From NCBI GenBank assembly GCA_050250935.1, contig JBFWNS010000003.1, positions 160,001 through 224,000 of the forward strand: a stretch of DNA of 64,000 nucleotides, given 5' to 3'. Position numbers and translations under genes: made by a program. A model generated the notes under the pieces. That model saw only the letters and a list, made by a program, of their open reading frames with translations. It had not been told where the DNA came from and did not search any database. Position 1 is the first letter of the stretch; the number at the start of each line of letters is the position of its first letter. This document shows, piece after piece, positions 39,310-48,752 of this stretch. The DNA comes from Candidatus Margulisiibacteriota bacterium (lineage in GTDB: Bacteria > Margulisbacteria > Marinamargulisbacteria > JBFWNS01).

Positions 39310-42088
39310 CTGTGTAGCCACCTGAAGAAGAGGCTGCTGTACTCATGTCAATGCTCCCTTGTTCGGTATCGTTTCTAAAAATAACTTGGCGTTTAACCCC
39401 CAGGTGATTCCAAACAGTAAAAACACCCTCTTTTTTTCCAAGAACCCAGTGTCCTTGGTATTTTTCGCCGTTAATGCAAAAAAGTGTCCCGTAGCCTTGG
39501 GGCTTGCTATTTCTGTTAACCGTGCCTTCATACCGATCCCCATTATCAAAAAAAATGTAGGCTGCGAACTCATCATCGTTTGAGTGGTCTAAATAGCGAA
39601 ATGCAATCCATTGTTTTTTGTTATCGACCTGAACAACCATGTGATCTACATTTCTGGGAATTCCTTGAAGACAATCTAGACTGGCTCTTGCATGTTTAAT
39701 CATTCGTTCCAAAGCAAGGATGTTTTTGTGTCGAAGGGCTTTTTGACTGAAGCACTTAAGTGCAAGAGATTGTTTGGGCTGTTTTTGGATCCACAGTTCG
39801 ACATAGTCTCGAATCATCGCGCTGGTTGTGTCTCGGCAACAACATTCCAAAAGTTTAGCCCCAAGTTCTTGTTTTTCTGGTTTTTTGGATTTTAAAAGGT
39901 GTACGGCTGCTTTAAACAGCAAGTCTTTATGTTTGGGTAAAAGGGGTAAAAATTCGAGTTCTTTGTGTAGTATTTCTAATTCCTTAACACCAATATCTCT
40001 CCAGTTTTTAAACAAAGAGGTTAGAAGTTTTAGCGCGATTTTAAGACGTTTTTCATAGGGTTTTATGGTGGGAGATTGACTCAGAGCAGCTCTTGCCACA
40101 AATTGAAATTTTGCATGATTCCCAACCAATAATCTTTGGAGTAATTTGTCTTGTTCTGGGACATAGCGAGGGTCTGTTTGACGCCTTTCTGTTACCCATA
40201 GCTGAATTTGAGCGGTTACCATGGCGCTTTTTGATAAAGAGACTTGATACAATGGTTCGAACGCTATGCCTGCATCCTGAGCATACAATCCCATAACGAC
40301 CATGGCTGCCGTTCGTGTGGATTGAAACCAACAATTGCCCATTTTCTGTCGACCTCTTAATTTTCCGAGTGAATCTGGGAGCTGTATAGGGCGTAAAAGG
40401 GGCCGTAGGGTTGTTTGTAGCGCCTCTACATCCTCTGTTTTTAACCGTGTTTGTGCAGCCATTTGTTCTAAGAATGTCCTCATATCTGTTACAGTGGCTG
40501 CTCGAATAACCCGTAGACGGTCATTTGTATCGTATGTTCCTGCCCCCTCTCCTCGATTACAAATATAAACGGTGTCTTTATAAATAACATACCCAACACT
40601 ATGTTCGCTCCAACCGCCCATCACCACCTGTGGGGCTGTTTGGCTGTTTCTCAAAATGGTTTGAATGGTGTCGGCTGATAAATAGAGTGCATCATAGGCA
40701 CGAAGAATATGGTCTCTTACTTTGTCTAGGATTCGATGTTGCTGTCTGTTCAATGTTGGGTCTCGGGATTCTTTTGCAAGACATTCTACAACAACCACCC
40801 GACCACCCTCGCCAAATAGACCACTATCAGGTCCATCGAGACGTTTTTGATTTAAAATGGCTTCTACGATTAAAGCTCTGCATCCATAAATATGAAGTCG
40901 ATGAACGAAATGGCCTTCCCGTAACCCGGCAATAAAGAGTCCGTCCTGATACACTTGGGTAATCTGGGTAACCGTAGTATGACTGCCTAAATCGTGCCCT
41001 TCTTGTGCTCCATTGGTAAATTGATTTCTATAGAGCCCCCTAATTGCACCCTGTTCCCATTCGCCTATCGTATAATAGCTCTGACTATATAAAATCCCTA
41101 GGCCGTGTTCGCGCCCCAGTATAAAGTGTCCTTCATAATGCTTTCCATCCACATAAAAGCGCTTTCCAGCGCCATGAGGCTGGTAGTCAACAATTGCTCC
41201 CTCAAAGCGACTGCCATCTTCATAATAAAAGGTACCGTAAGGGCTGGGTGTTCCTTCGTGCCATGTAATTTCCAGGTGGTTGCCTGTTCGAAAATAAACG
41301 GTCCCTCTTCCATGGGGCTTACAGTCTTTAAACTCTCCTTCGTAGCGCAAACCATGCCAACGACCTAGAAACTCGAAAATACCCTGATTGGCAGGAATTC
41401 CATTTTCGAATGTGGTTTTGTAGTTCCCGTCGAGACGATAAATGGTTCCATTTCCGTGTGGCAGTAGGTGCGAAGAAAGCGGGCCAAAATAATAAGTGTC
41501 GAGATTTTCCAGATAAACCAAGCCAAGATTGTCTGGATTTCCTTCAACCATAAACGCCATTCTATCGTTAACGATGGCTATACGAATTTGAGCATCAGTA
41601 CTCACCAAATCTCGCATAACCAGGCGTCGGTCTTGAGCAAGAATTAAATCGGCAACGGCTTCATTAAGGTGTTCAAGTGCTTGGGCAAGGAATTTTCTTT
41701 TTTCAGTCCATGTTATACGGCCACTATTGGGTTGTGCTGACCATTCTTGTAACCTTCTTAGTGCTTCTGCTGCATGTTCCCGACATGGAGACATCGAACA
41801 CATTTCGAAAATCCGAAGTGCCAAACCCTTTCTTTCTATGTAAATTTGATAATGCTTGGTTTGGGTCGAAAACAATTTTTGGGCTGCTCGAAGTAGCAGT
41901 CCGGTTTCCACTTCCTTCAGGTGAGCAGGCGTTTTTTTTGCAATGAATGAGGCAATGGCTTTTCTTCCAAGTTCTCGTTGTTCTTTTCTTAAGGAATTCA
42001 GCTGAACAACAGCGTGTTGAAGTTGCTTTAAAGTCGATAAATTTGGAAGTTGTGATAACGCTAAACTGACGATTTTTTTTATATACAT
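39284..42088 (-). CDS. MORN-repeat protein with central cysteine-protease-like domain (effector-like)
   Basis: MORN repeats ([43 protein letters not shown]-terminal YEGTV...PQGYG, YQGHW) flanking GW.EH...CNRG...QKMGNCW. Confidence 0.8.
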   Translation of the reverse strand: MYIKKIVSLALSQLPNLSTLKQLQHAVVQLNSLRKEQRELGRKAIASFIAKKTPAHLKEVETGLLLRAAQKLFSTQTKHYQIYIERKGLALRIFEMCSMSPCREHAAEALRRLQEWSAQPNSGRITWTEKRKFLAQALEHLNEAVADLILAQDRRLVMRDLVSTDAQIRIAIVNDRMAFMVEGNPDNLGLVYLENLDTYYFGPLSSHLLPHGNGTIYRLDGNYKTTFENGIPANQGIFEFLGRWHGLRYEGEFKDCKPHGRGTVYFRTGNHLEITWHEGTPSPYGTFYYEDGSRFEGAIVDYQPHGAGKRFYVDGKHYEGHFILGREHGLGILYSQSYYTIGEWEQGAIRGLYRNQFTNGAQEGHDLGSHTTVTQITQVYQDGLFIAGLREGHFVHRLHIYGCRALIVEAILNQKRLDGPDSGLFGEGGRVVVVECLAKESRDPTLNRQQHRILDKVRDHILRAYDALYLSADTIQTILRNSQTAPQVVMGGWSEHSVGYVIYKDTVYICNRGEGAGTYDTNDRLRVIRAATVTDMRTFLEQMAAQTRLKTEDVEALQTTLRPLLRPIQLPDSLGKLRGRQKMGNCWFQSTRTAAMVVMGLYAQDAGIAFEPLYQVSLSKSAMVTAQIQLWVTERRQTDPRYVPEQDKLLQRLLVGNHAKFQFVARAALSQSPTIKPYEKRLKIALKLLTSLFKNWRDIGVKELEILHKELEFLPLLPKHKDLLFKAAVHLLKSKKPEKQELGAKLLECCCRDTTSAMIRDYVELWIQKQPKQSLALKCFSQKALRHKNILALERMIKHARASLDCLQGIPRNVDHMVVQVDNKKQWIAFRYLDHSNDDEFAAYIFFDNGDRYEGTVNRNSKPQGYGTLFCINGEKYQGHWVLGKKEGVFTVWNHLGVKRQVIFRNDTEQGSIDMSTAASSSGGYTASLLAIPG

Positions 42089-42106
42089 CTCTGGCCTCTT
42101 ACAGAG

Positions 42107-42135
42107 TTATCGGTGTCTAAGGGTTATTTTTTCAT
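42107..42135 (-). promoter_or_regulatory. Sigma28-like promoter ATGAAA-N15-ACCGATAA
   Basis: The -10 box ends 18 nt upstream of the MORN gene ATG, with AGAGG RBS in between. Confidence 0.5.
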
Positions 42136-42238
42136 TTTGATCTAGTTCAATGGCAGAATCCCACTTGCCTAAACCCAGCAAAGCACATTAAACTTAAAAG
42201 CTAATTTTTATACCATTTTATCCCCGGAGGAAGTTAGC

Positions 42239-43339
42239 ATGCCCAGTTTAGCTGAGTACATTTGGACAGATGGAGCGAAACCGTCGCCAAAATTGAGAAG
42301 TAAAGCGAGGGTAGTTGACATCAAAGGGGAACCCAAAATTTCTGATTTTCCAGAATGGGGATTTGATGGTTCTTCGACTTACCAAGCTCCTGGGAATAAT
42401 TCGGATTTGGCCTTGAAACCAGTGTCTTTTTTTTCTGATCCAATTCGCGGAGAAGGGCATTATTTGGTTTTATGCGAAGTTTTAAATCCTGATGGCACCA
42501 TTCATGAAACCAACTCCCGGGCTTTGTTGCGGGATGTTTTGGATGCTGGCGGTGCGAAATTGGAACCCATGGCTGGTTTTGAGCAAGAATACACCTTCTA
42601 TCGCAATGGCCTTCCATTGGGCTTTCCTGATGGCAAAGAGCCTGCTCCCCAAGGACCCTACTACTGTGCCGTTGGCCACAAACAAATTCAGGGTCGTGAT
42701 ATTGTAGAAGATCATGCCCAAGCCTGTTTGGACATGGGTTTGAACATTTATGGCATCAATGCCGAAGTTATGCCTGGCCAATGGGAATACCAAGTGGGAT
42801 ACCGTGGCTTTGATGGCGATCAGAACGATATTTTGGCCATGTGCGACCAACGTTTGGTTGCCAACTGGTTGTTAGAGCGCATTGCAGAAGATTATGGTGT
42901 GGATGTGAGTTTTGAAAACAAGCCTCAGACTGGGGACTGGAACGGCGCTGGTTGCCATACCAATTTTTCGACCAACACCATTCGAAACAAAGAAGCCGGT
43001 AAAAAAGCCATTGAAGATGCTTTAAAAGCACTTGAAGCCAAACATTTTGAACACGTTTCCGTGTATGGTGCCAATAACGACCAACGCTTGACCGGTAAAC
43101 ACGAAACCTGCTCGATTCGTCAGTTCCGAAGTGGAACTTCCGATCGTGGTGCCTCTATTCGCATTCCCTTGGGTGTGGCCCAAAAAGGCTATGGCTATTT
43201 GGAAGACCGTCGACCTGGTGCTAACTCCGATCCCTATGTGGTATCCGCTCGTTTGATCGCCACAATTGGGGGATTCTCTCAATTTGAATCTCGCTTTGCA
43301 CCGTTTGTGAATATGAAATTGGAATTGCAAAACGCCTAG
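42239..43339 (+). CDS. glnII: Glutamine synthetase type II
   Basis: AEYIW.DG..LRSK, WGFDGSST.QA, QGPYYC, INAEVMPGQWEYQ, DWNGAGCHTNFST and GYLEDRRP; 366 aa. Confidence 0.94.
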   Translation: MPSLAEYIWTDGAKPSPKLRSKARVVDIKGEPKISDFPEWGFDGSSTYQAPGNNSDLALKPVSFFSDPIRGEGHYLVLCEVLNPDGTIHETNSRALLRDVLDAGGAKLEPMAGFEQEYTFYRNGLPLGFPDGKEPAPQGPYYCAVGHKQIQGRDIVEDHAQACLDMGLNIYGINAEVMPGQWEYQVGYRGFDGDQNDILAMCDQRLVANWLLERIAEDYGVDVSFENKPQTGDWNGAGCHTNFSTNTIRNKEAGKKAIEDALKALEAKHFEHVSVYGANNDQRLTGKHETCSIRQFRSGTSDRGASIRIPLGVAQKGYGYLEDRRPGANSDPYVVSARLIATIGGFSQFESRFAPFVNMKLELQNA

Positions 43340-43360
43340 AGTTTGATGTTTTGATTCTTT

Positions 43361-43396
43361 AAAGCCCCAGTCGTTTGGCTGGGGCTTTTTTTTTTT
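43361..43396 (+). terminator. Rho-independent terminator after glnII
   Basis: AAAGCCCCAGTC-GTTT-GGCTGGGGCTTT followed by a long T tract. Confidence 0.9.
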
Positions 43397-43435
43397 GCTT
43401 AAAACGGGTTTTTCGTAGACTCAAAAGCCAAAATC

Positions 43436-44383
43436 ATGTTATACAAAAGACCTATGACTTTTCCCCACCGTCATCTGTTGGATTTGCACGCACTTTCGCC
43501 CAAAGACATTCAAGCGATTTTTTCTTTGGCACGCACTTTCCAAGCAGACCCCGCTGTAGCCCAAAATCGGCTTCAGGGAAAAACACTTCTGAATTTGTTT
43601 TGTGAGCCTTCAACCCGTACCCGAATTTCTTTTGAAATGGCCATTAAACGTCTGGGCGGCTCTGTGATCAACATGAGTGTGGACACCAGCTCCTTTAAAA
43701 AAGGAGAGACCCTGTTTGACACCATTAAAAACCTAGAATCCTTGGGTGTGGATGGCTTGATTATTCGACACGCAAACGGAGGGGCTCCCCATTTTGTGGC
43801 CCAACACGTTGGCGTACCTGTCATTAACGCAGGGGATGGGTTCCATGAGCACCCCACGCAAGGGCTTCTGGATGCCTATAGTTTGCTCAAACACTTTAAA
43901 ACCGAAACACTAGATGGAAAATCGGTGCTTATTTGGGGAGATATCGCCCATTCTCGGGTTGCCCGATCCAACATTTGGGCCCTTCAAAAAATGGGTGCCA
44001 CCGTTTCGGTGGGTGGTCCTTTAACCTTAATGCCTTCGCATATCGAAACCTTGGGAGTCGAAGTGGTGATCGATTTGGATAGCGCCATTGGCCGCTTCGA
44101 TGCCATTAATGTGTTGCGCATGCAATACGAAAGACAAGCCTTGGGAGCTGTCCCTTCGGCAACCGAATACCGAACTTTTTTTGGCCTGACAGCAGGGCGC
44201 CTTCAAAAAGCAAAACCCGAAGTGGTTATTTTACATCCTGGACCGATCAATCGGGGCATTGAATTGGATTCTGGTGTTGCTGATGGACCTCAAAATATTA
44301 TTTTGGATCAGGTTGAAAACGGGGTTTGGATTCGGGCAGCCGTGCTTTCGAGTCTGTTTGGAAAAGAGAATGCCCATGTCTAA
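43436..44383 (+). CDS. pyrB: Aspartate carbamoyltransferase catalytic subunit
   Basis: EPSTRTR, NAGDG.HEHPTQ, GDIAHSRVARS and HPGPINRG. Confidence 0.97.
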   Translation: MLYKRPMTFPHRHLLDLHALSPKDIQAIFSLARTFQADPAVAQNRLQGKTLLNLFCEPSTRTRISFEMAIKRLGGSVINMSVDTSSFKKGETLFDTIKNLESLGVDGLIIRHANGGAPHFVAQHVGVPVINAGDGFHEHPTQGLLDAYSLLKHFKTETLDGKSVLIWGDIAHSRVARSNIWALQKMGATVSVGGPLTLMPSHIETLGVEVVIDLDSAIGRFDAINVLRMQYERQALGAVPSATEYRTFFGLTAGRLQKAKPEVVILHPGPINRGIELDSGVADGPQNIILDQVENGVWIRAAVLSSLFGKENAHV

Positions 44384-45662
44384 AACTGTTTTTATCAATG
44401 GAAAAGTCTATGACCCCTACAAAAAGAGCCTAGACAGTCAAAATATTTTGATTTCTGAGGGGAAGATTATTGGATTGGGCTATTTGCCAGATGACGACCC
44501 TGAACAAGGCAACGATGTTGTGATTCAGGATATTGGTCAGTGCTGGGTGGTTCCCTATACCCTGGATTTACACACCCGAGTCGGACAGCAGGGAAACCTT
44601 AAGGATGGTGTGGAGTCCGTTAAGACCCTCACCCAAGCCGCCGCCATGGGGGGACTTACCGCTGTTGGTATACAAGATGCCCCAAAAGGCCTCAATACCG
44701 CAGCGGATATTACTGCACTAATCAATAGATCTGAAGACGTTGGCCCCGTCAACGTCTTTCCTATTGGAACCCTCTCGAAAGGTCGCCAAGGCCAAGAATT
44801 GTCGGAGTTGGGCCTGATGAAGCAAGCCGGGGCTGTGGCGTTTTCCGATTTTACCAGTGTTCAAAGACCAGAATTGTTTGTCCAAGCCCTGCGATACAGT
44901 CGCATGATGGACTTGCCCTTGTTTGTTCGTCCCAACGATGCCGGGTTGGCCGGTAGGGGCGTGATGAACGAAGGGGCGATGGCCACCCGACTGGGCCTTC
45001 CATCCCTGCCATCTTCTGCCGAAGAAGTGGCTTTGGCCCGAGACATTACCTTATTGTCTCATTATGGTGGCAATTTGCATGTCTTTCCAATCACAACCAA
45101 GTGGTCGCTGGAACTGGTCCGCCAGGCCAAAAGTATTGGACTCTCCATTACCTGCGGAACAGCCTTGCAATACCTTACCTTTACCGAAGACAACATCGAA
45201 CACTACGACACCACCTTTAAGGTTCATCCACCGCTTCGCACCAAAGAAGATACCCTGGCTCTGATCGAAGGGGTTCAGGACGGCACCATTGATGTTTTGT
45301 CTTGCGACCACGAACCTTCGAGCCTTGATGAAAAGCGTCAGGATTTTATCAGCGCTTCGTTTGGTATGTCGGGTCTGGACACGTTTTTGCCGGCTCTGGT
45401 TTCGATACTACACCACGAGCATAAGCTGGCTCCGGCAACCATTTTGGATAAAATCACCTTGAATCCCCATGCCATTATTCGCCAAAAACCCAAGGGTATT
45501 GGACTGGGTTCATTGGCCAATTTTGTGGTGATTGATCCCCAAAAAACCATCACAGCAGATCCGGAGATGCTGGCTTCTGCTGGAAAACACAATCCCTTTG
45601 TGGGTCGTCCCCTTAAGGGGTATTGTCGTCACCTCGTGATTGGAGGCCATCTGCTCTATTAA
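44376..45662 (+). CDS. pyrC: Dihydroorotase-like protein, probably inactive PyrC'
   Basis: DHOase fold (AAMGGLT, AFSD, K..PPLR, DHEP), but Zn ligands are altered: DLHTR instead of DxHxH, RPND and HVFP. Overlaps pyrB. Confidence 0.85.
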   Translation: MSKTVFINGKVYDPYKKSLDSQNILISEGKIIGLGYLPDDDPEQGNDVVIQDIGQCWVVPYTLDLHTRVGQQGNLKDGVESVKTLTQAAAMGGLTAVGIQDAPKGLNTAADITALINRSEDVGPVNVFPIGTLSKGRQGQELSELGLMKQAGAVAFSDFTSVQRPELFVQALRYSRMMDLPLFVRPNDAGLAGRGVMNEGAMATRLGLPSLPSSAEEVALARDITLLSHYGGNLHVFPITTKWSLELVRQAKSIGLSITCGTALQYLTFTEDNIEHYDTTFKVHPPLRTKEDTLALIEGVQDGTIDVLSCDHEPSSLDEKRQDFISASFGMSGLDTFLPALVSILHHEHKLAPATILDKITLNPHAIIRQKPKGIGLGSLANFVVIDPQKTITADPEMLASAGKHNPFVGRPLKGYCRHLVIGGHLLY

Positions 45663-45731
45663 CCCCGTTGTTTAAAGCCCCAAAAAATAGGGCACATCCC
45701 CTTTGTACCGCATATCGAAAGGAACTCACCC

Positions 45732-46547
45732 ATGATCGACCGTTTGTCTGTTGGCCTTATTCAATTGAACAGTGGACCGGACCGAGAAAAAAATATGTCC
45801 AAAGTCTTGGAGATGGTTCAAGAGGCCATTCATAAAGGGGCAGAATTTATCCTTTTACCCGAAAACTATTCCCTGCGCGGCGACAACTTGGATCCCCTAA
45901 CCAAAGGGGAATCTGTTCCAGGGCCTTCCTTGGTTCCGCTAATGGAATTGGCCAGAAACCATGGGGTATGGATTTTGGCAGGTAGTTTCAGCGAGAAATT
46001 GTCCAATCACAGCAAGGTTCGCAATACCTCGGCCTTGATCGACTATAGAGGCGAAATGGTGGCAAAGTATTCCAAAATGCATCTTTTTGATGTTGAAATT
46101 GGCAATAAAATTATGCGTGAATCCCAGACGTTTCAAGCTGGTGAAGAACCCGTTTTAACCTCTGTAAAAGGCATTAAAACAGGCTTGTCCATTTGCTATG
46201 ACCTGCGTTTTCCTGGCTTGTTTCAAGGCTATTCTAAAGCAGGTGCCGAGATGATCTGTGTACCTTCTTCGTTTACCACGCCAACCGGTCGTTCTCATTG
46301 GGAATCCTTGCTTCGGGCCAGGGCTATCGAAAACCAAGCCTTTGTTTTGGCGCCGAATCAAGTTGGGGTAGGGGCCAGAAAAGTCCCCACCTTTGGACAC
46401 AGTATGGTTGTTGGCCCTTGGGGCGAAGTGATTTGCTGTGGGTCTGAAACCAAAGAGGAAGTTTTGGTGGTTAGCCTGGACTTTGAATCGCTGCGTCAAA
46501 TCCGCGAGCAATTTCCGGTCTTAAAGCACCGAAAAGAATCTTACTAG
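45732..46547 (+). CDS. Carbon-nitrogen hydrolase (Nit1-like amidase)
   Basis: E-K-C triad: LLPEN, YSKMHLFD, SICYDLRFP; also LLRARAIENQ. Confidence 0.92.
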   Translation: MIDRLSVGLIQLNSGPDREKNMSKVLEMVQEAIHKGAEFILLPENYSLRGDNLDPLTKGESVPGPSLVPLMELARNHGVWILAGSFSEKLSNHSKVRNTSALIDYRGEMVAKYSKMHLFDVEIGNKIMRESQTFQAGEEPVLTSVKGIKTGLSICYDLRFPGLFQGYSKAGAEMICVPSSFTTPTGRSHWESLLRARAIENQAFVLAPNQVGVGARKVPTFGHSMVVGPWGEVICCGSETKEEVLVVSLDFESLRQIREQFPVLKHRKESY

Positions 46548-48055
46548 CCGTCTTGTTGGCTTCGTTTTCGATATTGCAGGGCCTCCAGCAAATGATTTTT
46601 TTCGATGTTGGATGCACCTGCCAAGTCGGCAATGGTTCTGGCAAGCTTTAAAACCCGATCAAAGGAACGGCCACTGAGTAGTCCTTTGTCGATGGCGTTT
46701 TCTAGAAGGGCTTTGTTTTCGGTAGTAAGTTCACAAAACTGTCGAATATCTTTGGGTGTCATGTCTGCATTCGAGCGATTGGCTTGATACCGGCTGTATT
46801 GCAGGGTTCTGGCCGTTTCCACGCGGGTTTTAATGGCATGGGATGCAAAAGGATCTGAATCTGGGTTGACCGAAAAATAGTCATCTTTTTTGAGCCTTGG
46901 AACTTCCAGGATAATGTCGATGCGATCTAAAATGGGGCCGGACAGTTTTTTCCAGTACTTTTGAATTTGCTCTGGCCGACACAAACACCGTTGGGCAGAA
47001 TCCCGGTGATACCCACAGGGGCAAGGATTCATGGCTGCCGCAAACAACACGTTGGCCGGATAGGTAACCGCAGCGTTGGCCCTTGAAATGGTTACGGTTT
47101 TTTCTTCCAAGGGTTGGCGTAAAACCTCGATGACCTGACGCTGAAATTCGGGCAACTCGTCTAAAAACAAAACCCCATGGTGGGCCAAACTGATCTCGCC
47201 GGGCATGGGATTGCTGCCACCCCCAATCAGGCCGGCATAGGAAATGGAATAGTGTGGATTTCTAAACGGTCTTTCCAAAGACAGTGTCGGACGCGATACT
47301 CGCTGGGCCACACTGCGAATTTTGTATGATTCGATGGCCTGATCGTGGGTTAGATCTGGAAGAATCGAGGGCAACCGTTTGAGCAGCATGGTTTTTCCAG
47401 ATCCTGGTGGCCCTACAAACAAGACATTGTGGTTGCCTGCAGCCGCAACCTCCAGTGCTCGCTTGGCTGACAATTGCCCTTTGACATCCAAAAAATCAGG
47501 TCCTGACACGTTTTTTAAAATGGGGGTTGATTGGACAGCTAAGCGGGGTTTTTCGCCCTCAAGTATGGCGATAACCTCAAGAAGCGAGGTCACGGGTATA
47601 ATCTCAAGCCCAGGAATCAGGGCAGCTTCTGCGGCATTTTCTTGGGGGACAAATAGGCTAGAAATTCCTTGTTTTGCAGCCATATCGGCTATCGAAACGA
47701 TGCCGCGTACTGGGCGAAGGTCACCATTTAGCGACAATTCTCCCACAAACAAAACGTCAGAAGGCACCTTAACTTGCTTCGTTGCATTCAAAATGCCCAA
47801 TGCAATGGGAAGATCAAAAGAAGGCCCTTCTTTTTTAATTTCTGCCGGAGCCAGGTTAATGGTAAACACGTGGTGGGGATACTTTAAAGCCGAATGTTTA
47901 ATGGCCGATTTGATTCGGCTTTTGCTTTCTTTAATCACCATATCGGGCAAGCCCACGATAATTTCTGTGGGAATTCCGGGGTGACAATCCACCTCGACAG
48001 TTATTTCTATGGCTGTAATACCCACCAATGATGCGCTTTTGATTTTTGATAACAT
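46544..48055 (-). CDS. comM: YifB/ComM family Mg-chelatase-like AAA+ ATPase
   Basis: IVGLPD, INLAPA, GPPGSGKT, PGEISLAHHGVLFLDE and MNPCPCG. Confidence 0.93.
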   Translation of the reverse strand: MLSKIKSASLVGITAIEITVEVDCHPGIPTEIIVGLPDMVIKESKSRIKSAIKHSALKYPHHVFTINLAPAEIKKEGPSFDLPIALGILNATKQVKVPSDVLFVGELSLNGDLRPVRGIVSIADMAAKQGISSLFVPQENAAEAALIPGLEIIPVTSLLEVIAILEGEKPRLAVQSTPILKNVSGPDFLDVKGQLSAKRALEVAAAGNHNVLFVGPPGSGKTMLLKRLPSILPDLTHDQAIESYKIRSVAQRVSRPTLSLERPFRNPHYSISYAGLIGGGSNPMPGEISLAHHGVLFLDELPEFQRQVIEVLRQPLEEKTVTISRANAAVTYPANVLFAAAMNPCPCGYHRDSAQRCLCRPEQIQKYWKKLSGPILDRIDIILEVPRLKKDDYFSVNPDSDPFASHAIKTRVETARTLQYSRYQANRSNADMTPKDIRQFCELTTENKALLENAIDKGLLSGRSFDRVLKLARTIADLAGASNIEKNHLLEALQYRKRSQQDG

Positions 48056-48166
48056 ATAAAATATATAATTTATCTATAGTCTGACGTCAATCTATTTTTC
48101 TTGAACTAGAAAATAGCCCGCTAAATCAGGTATAGTAAGGACATCATCATTTTTTAAGGAGACCCC

Positions 48167-48661
48167 ATGGCTACGACATTGTTTAAAGGAAATCAAACCG
48201 AAACATCAGGAACTCTTCCTGCTGTTGGAACTCAGATTGGCGATTTTGCCTTGGTTCGCAACGACCTTTCTGAAGCGACTTTAGCCACCTATGCTGGACA
48301 AAAAAAAGTATTGAATATTTTCCCCAGTCTAGACACCGGGGTATGCGCCGCCTCTGTACGCGCGTTTAACCAAAAGGCTGCTGGCCTGGAAAACACTGTT
48401 GTGCTTTGTATTTCCAAAGATCTTCCTTTTGCTCAAAAACGGTTTTGCGGCGCAGAGGGTATTGATAAAGTCGAAACGTTGTCTGCCTTTCGCTCATCTT
48501 TGGCCAAAGATTACGGATTGGAACTGCTAGGCTCGCCATTGAAAGGACTCATGGCCAGAACCGTGATTGTTTTAAACGAAGCCAATCAAGTTTTGTATGT
48601 TGAATTGGTTCCTGAGGTCACCACAGAACCCAACTACGACGCAGCTCTAGCCGTTTTATAG
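48167..48661 (+). CDS. tpx: Thiol peroxidase
   Basis: [22 protein letters not shown] and EPNYD. Confidence 0.96.
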   Translation: MATTLFKGNQTETSGTLPAVGTQIGDFALVRNDLSEATLATYAGQKKVLNIFPSLDTGVCAASVRAFNQKAAGLENTVVLCISKDLPFAQKRFCGAEGIDKVETLSAFRSSLAKDYGLELLGSPLKGLMARTVIVLNEANQVLYVELVPEVTTEPNYDAALAVL

Positions 48662-48667
48662 TTTGGT

Positions 48668-48704
48668 AGGGGAATCTGAGCCACCCTCGGATTCCCCTTT
48701 ATTT
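48668..48704 (+). terminator. Rho-independent terminator after tpx
   Basis: AGGGGAATCTGAG-CCACC-CTCGGATTCCCCT hairpin followed by TTATTT. Confidence 0.8.
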
Positions 48705-48752
48705 TGGGTCTGAAATTCCTTTTTTTGAAGAACTATAGTACAGTGTCTGCCC

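Noticed and set aside
14027..44375. ORF-track extended starts for metH (14089), iscA-like (16135), dsbD (21765) and pyrC' (44259); also the LysM gene (2576)
   Set aside because: Downstream ATGs fit family N-termini and RBS or -10 placement better and avoid long overlaps.
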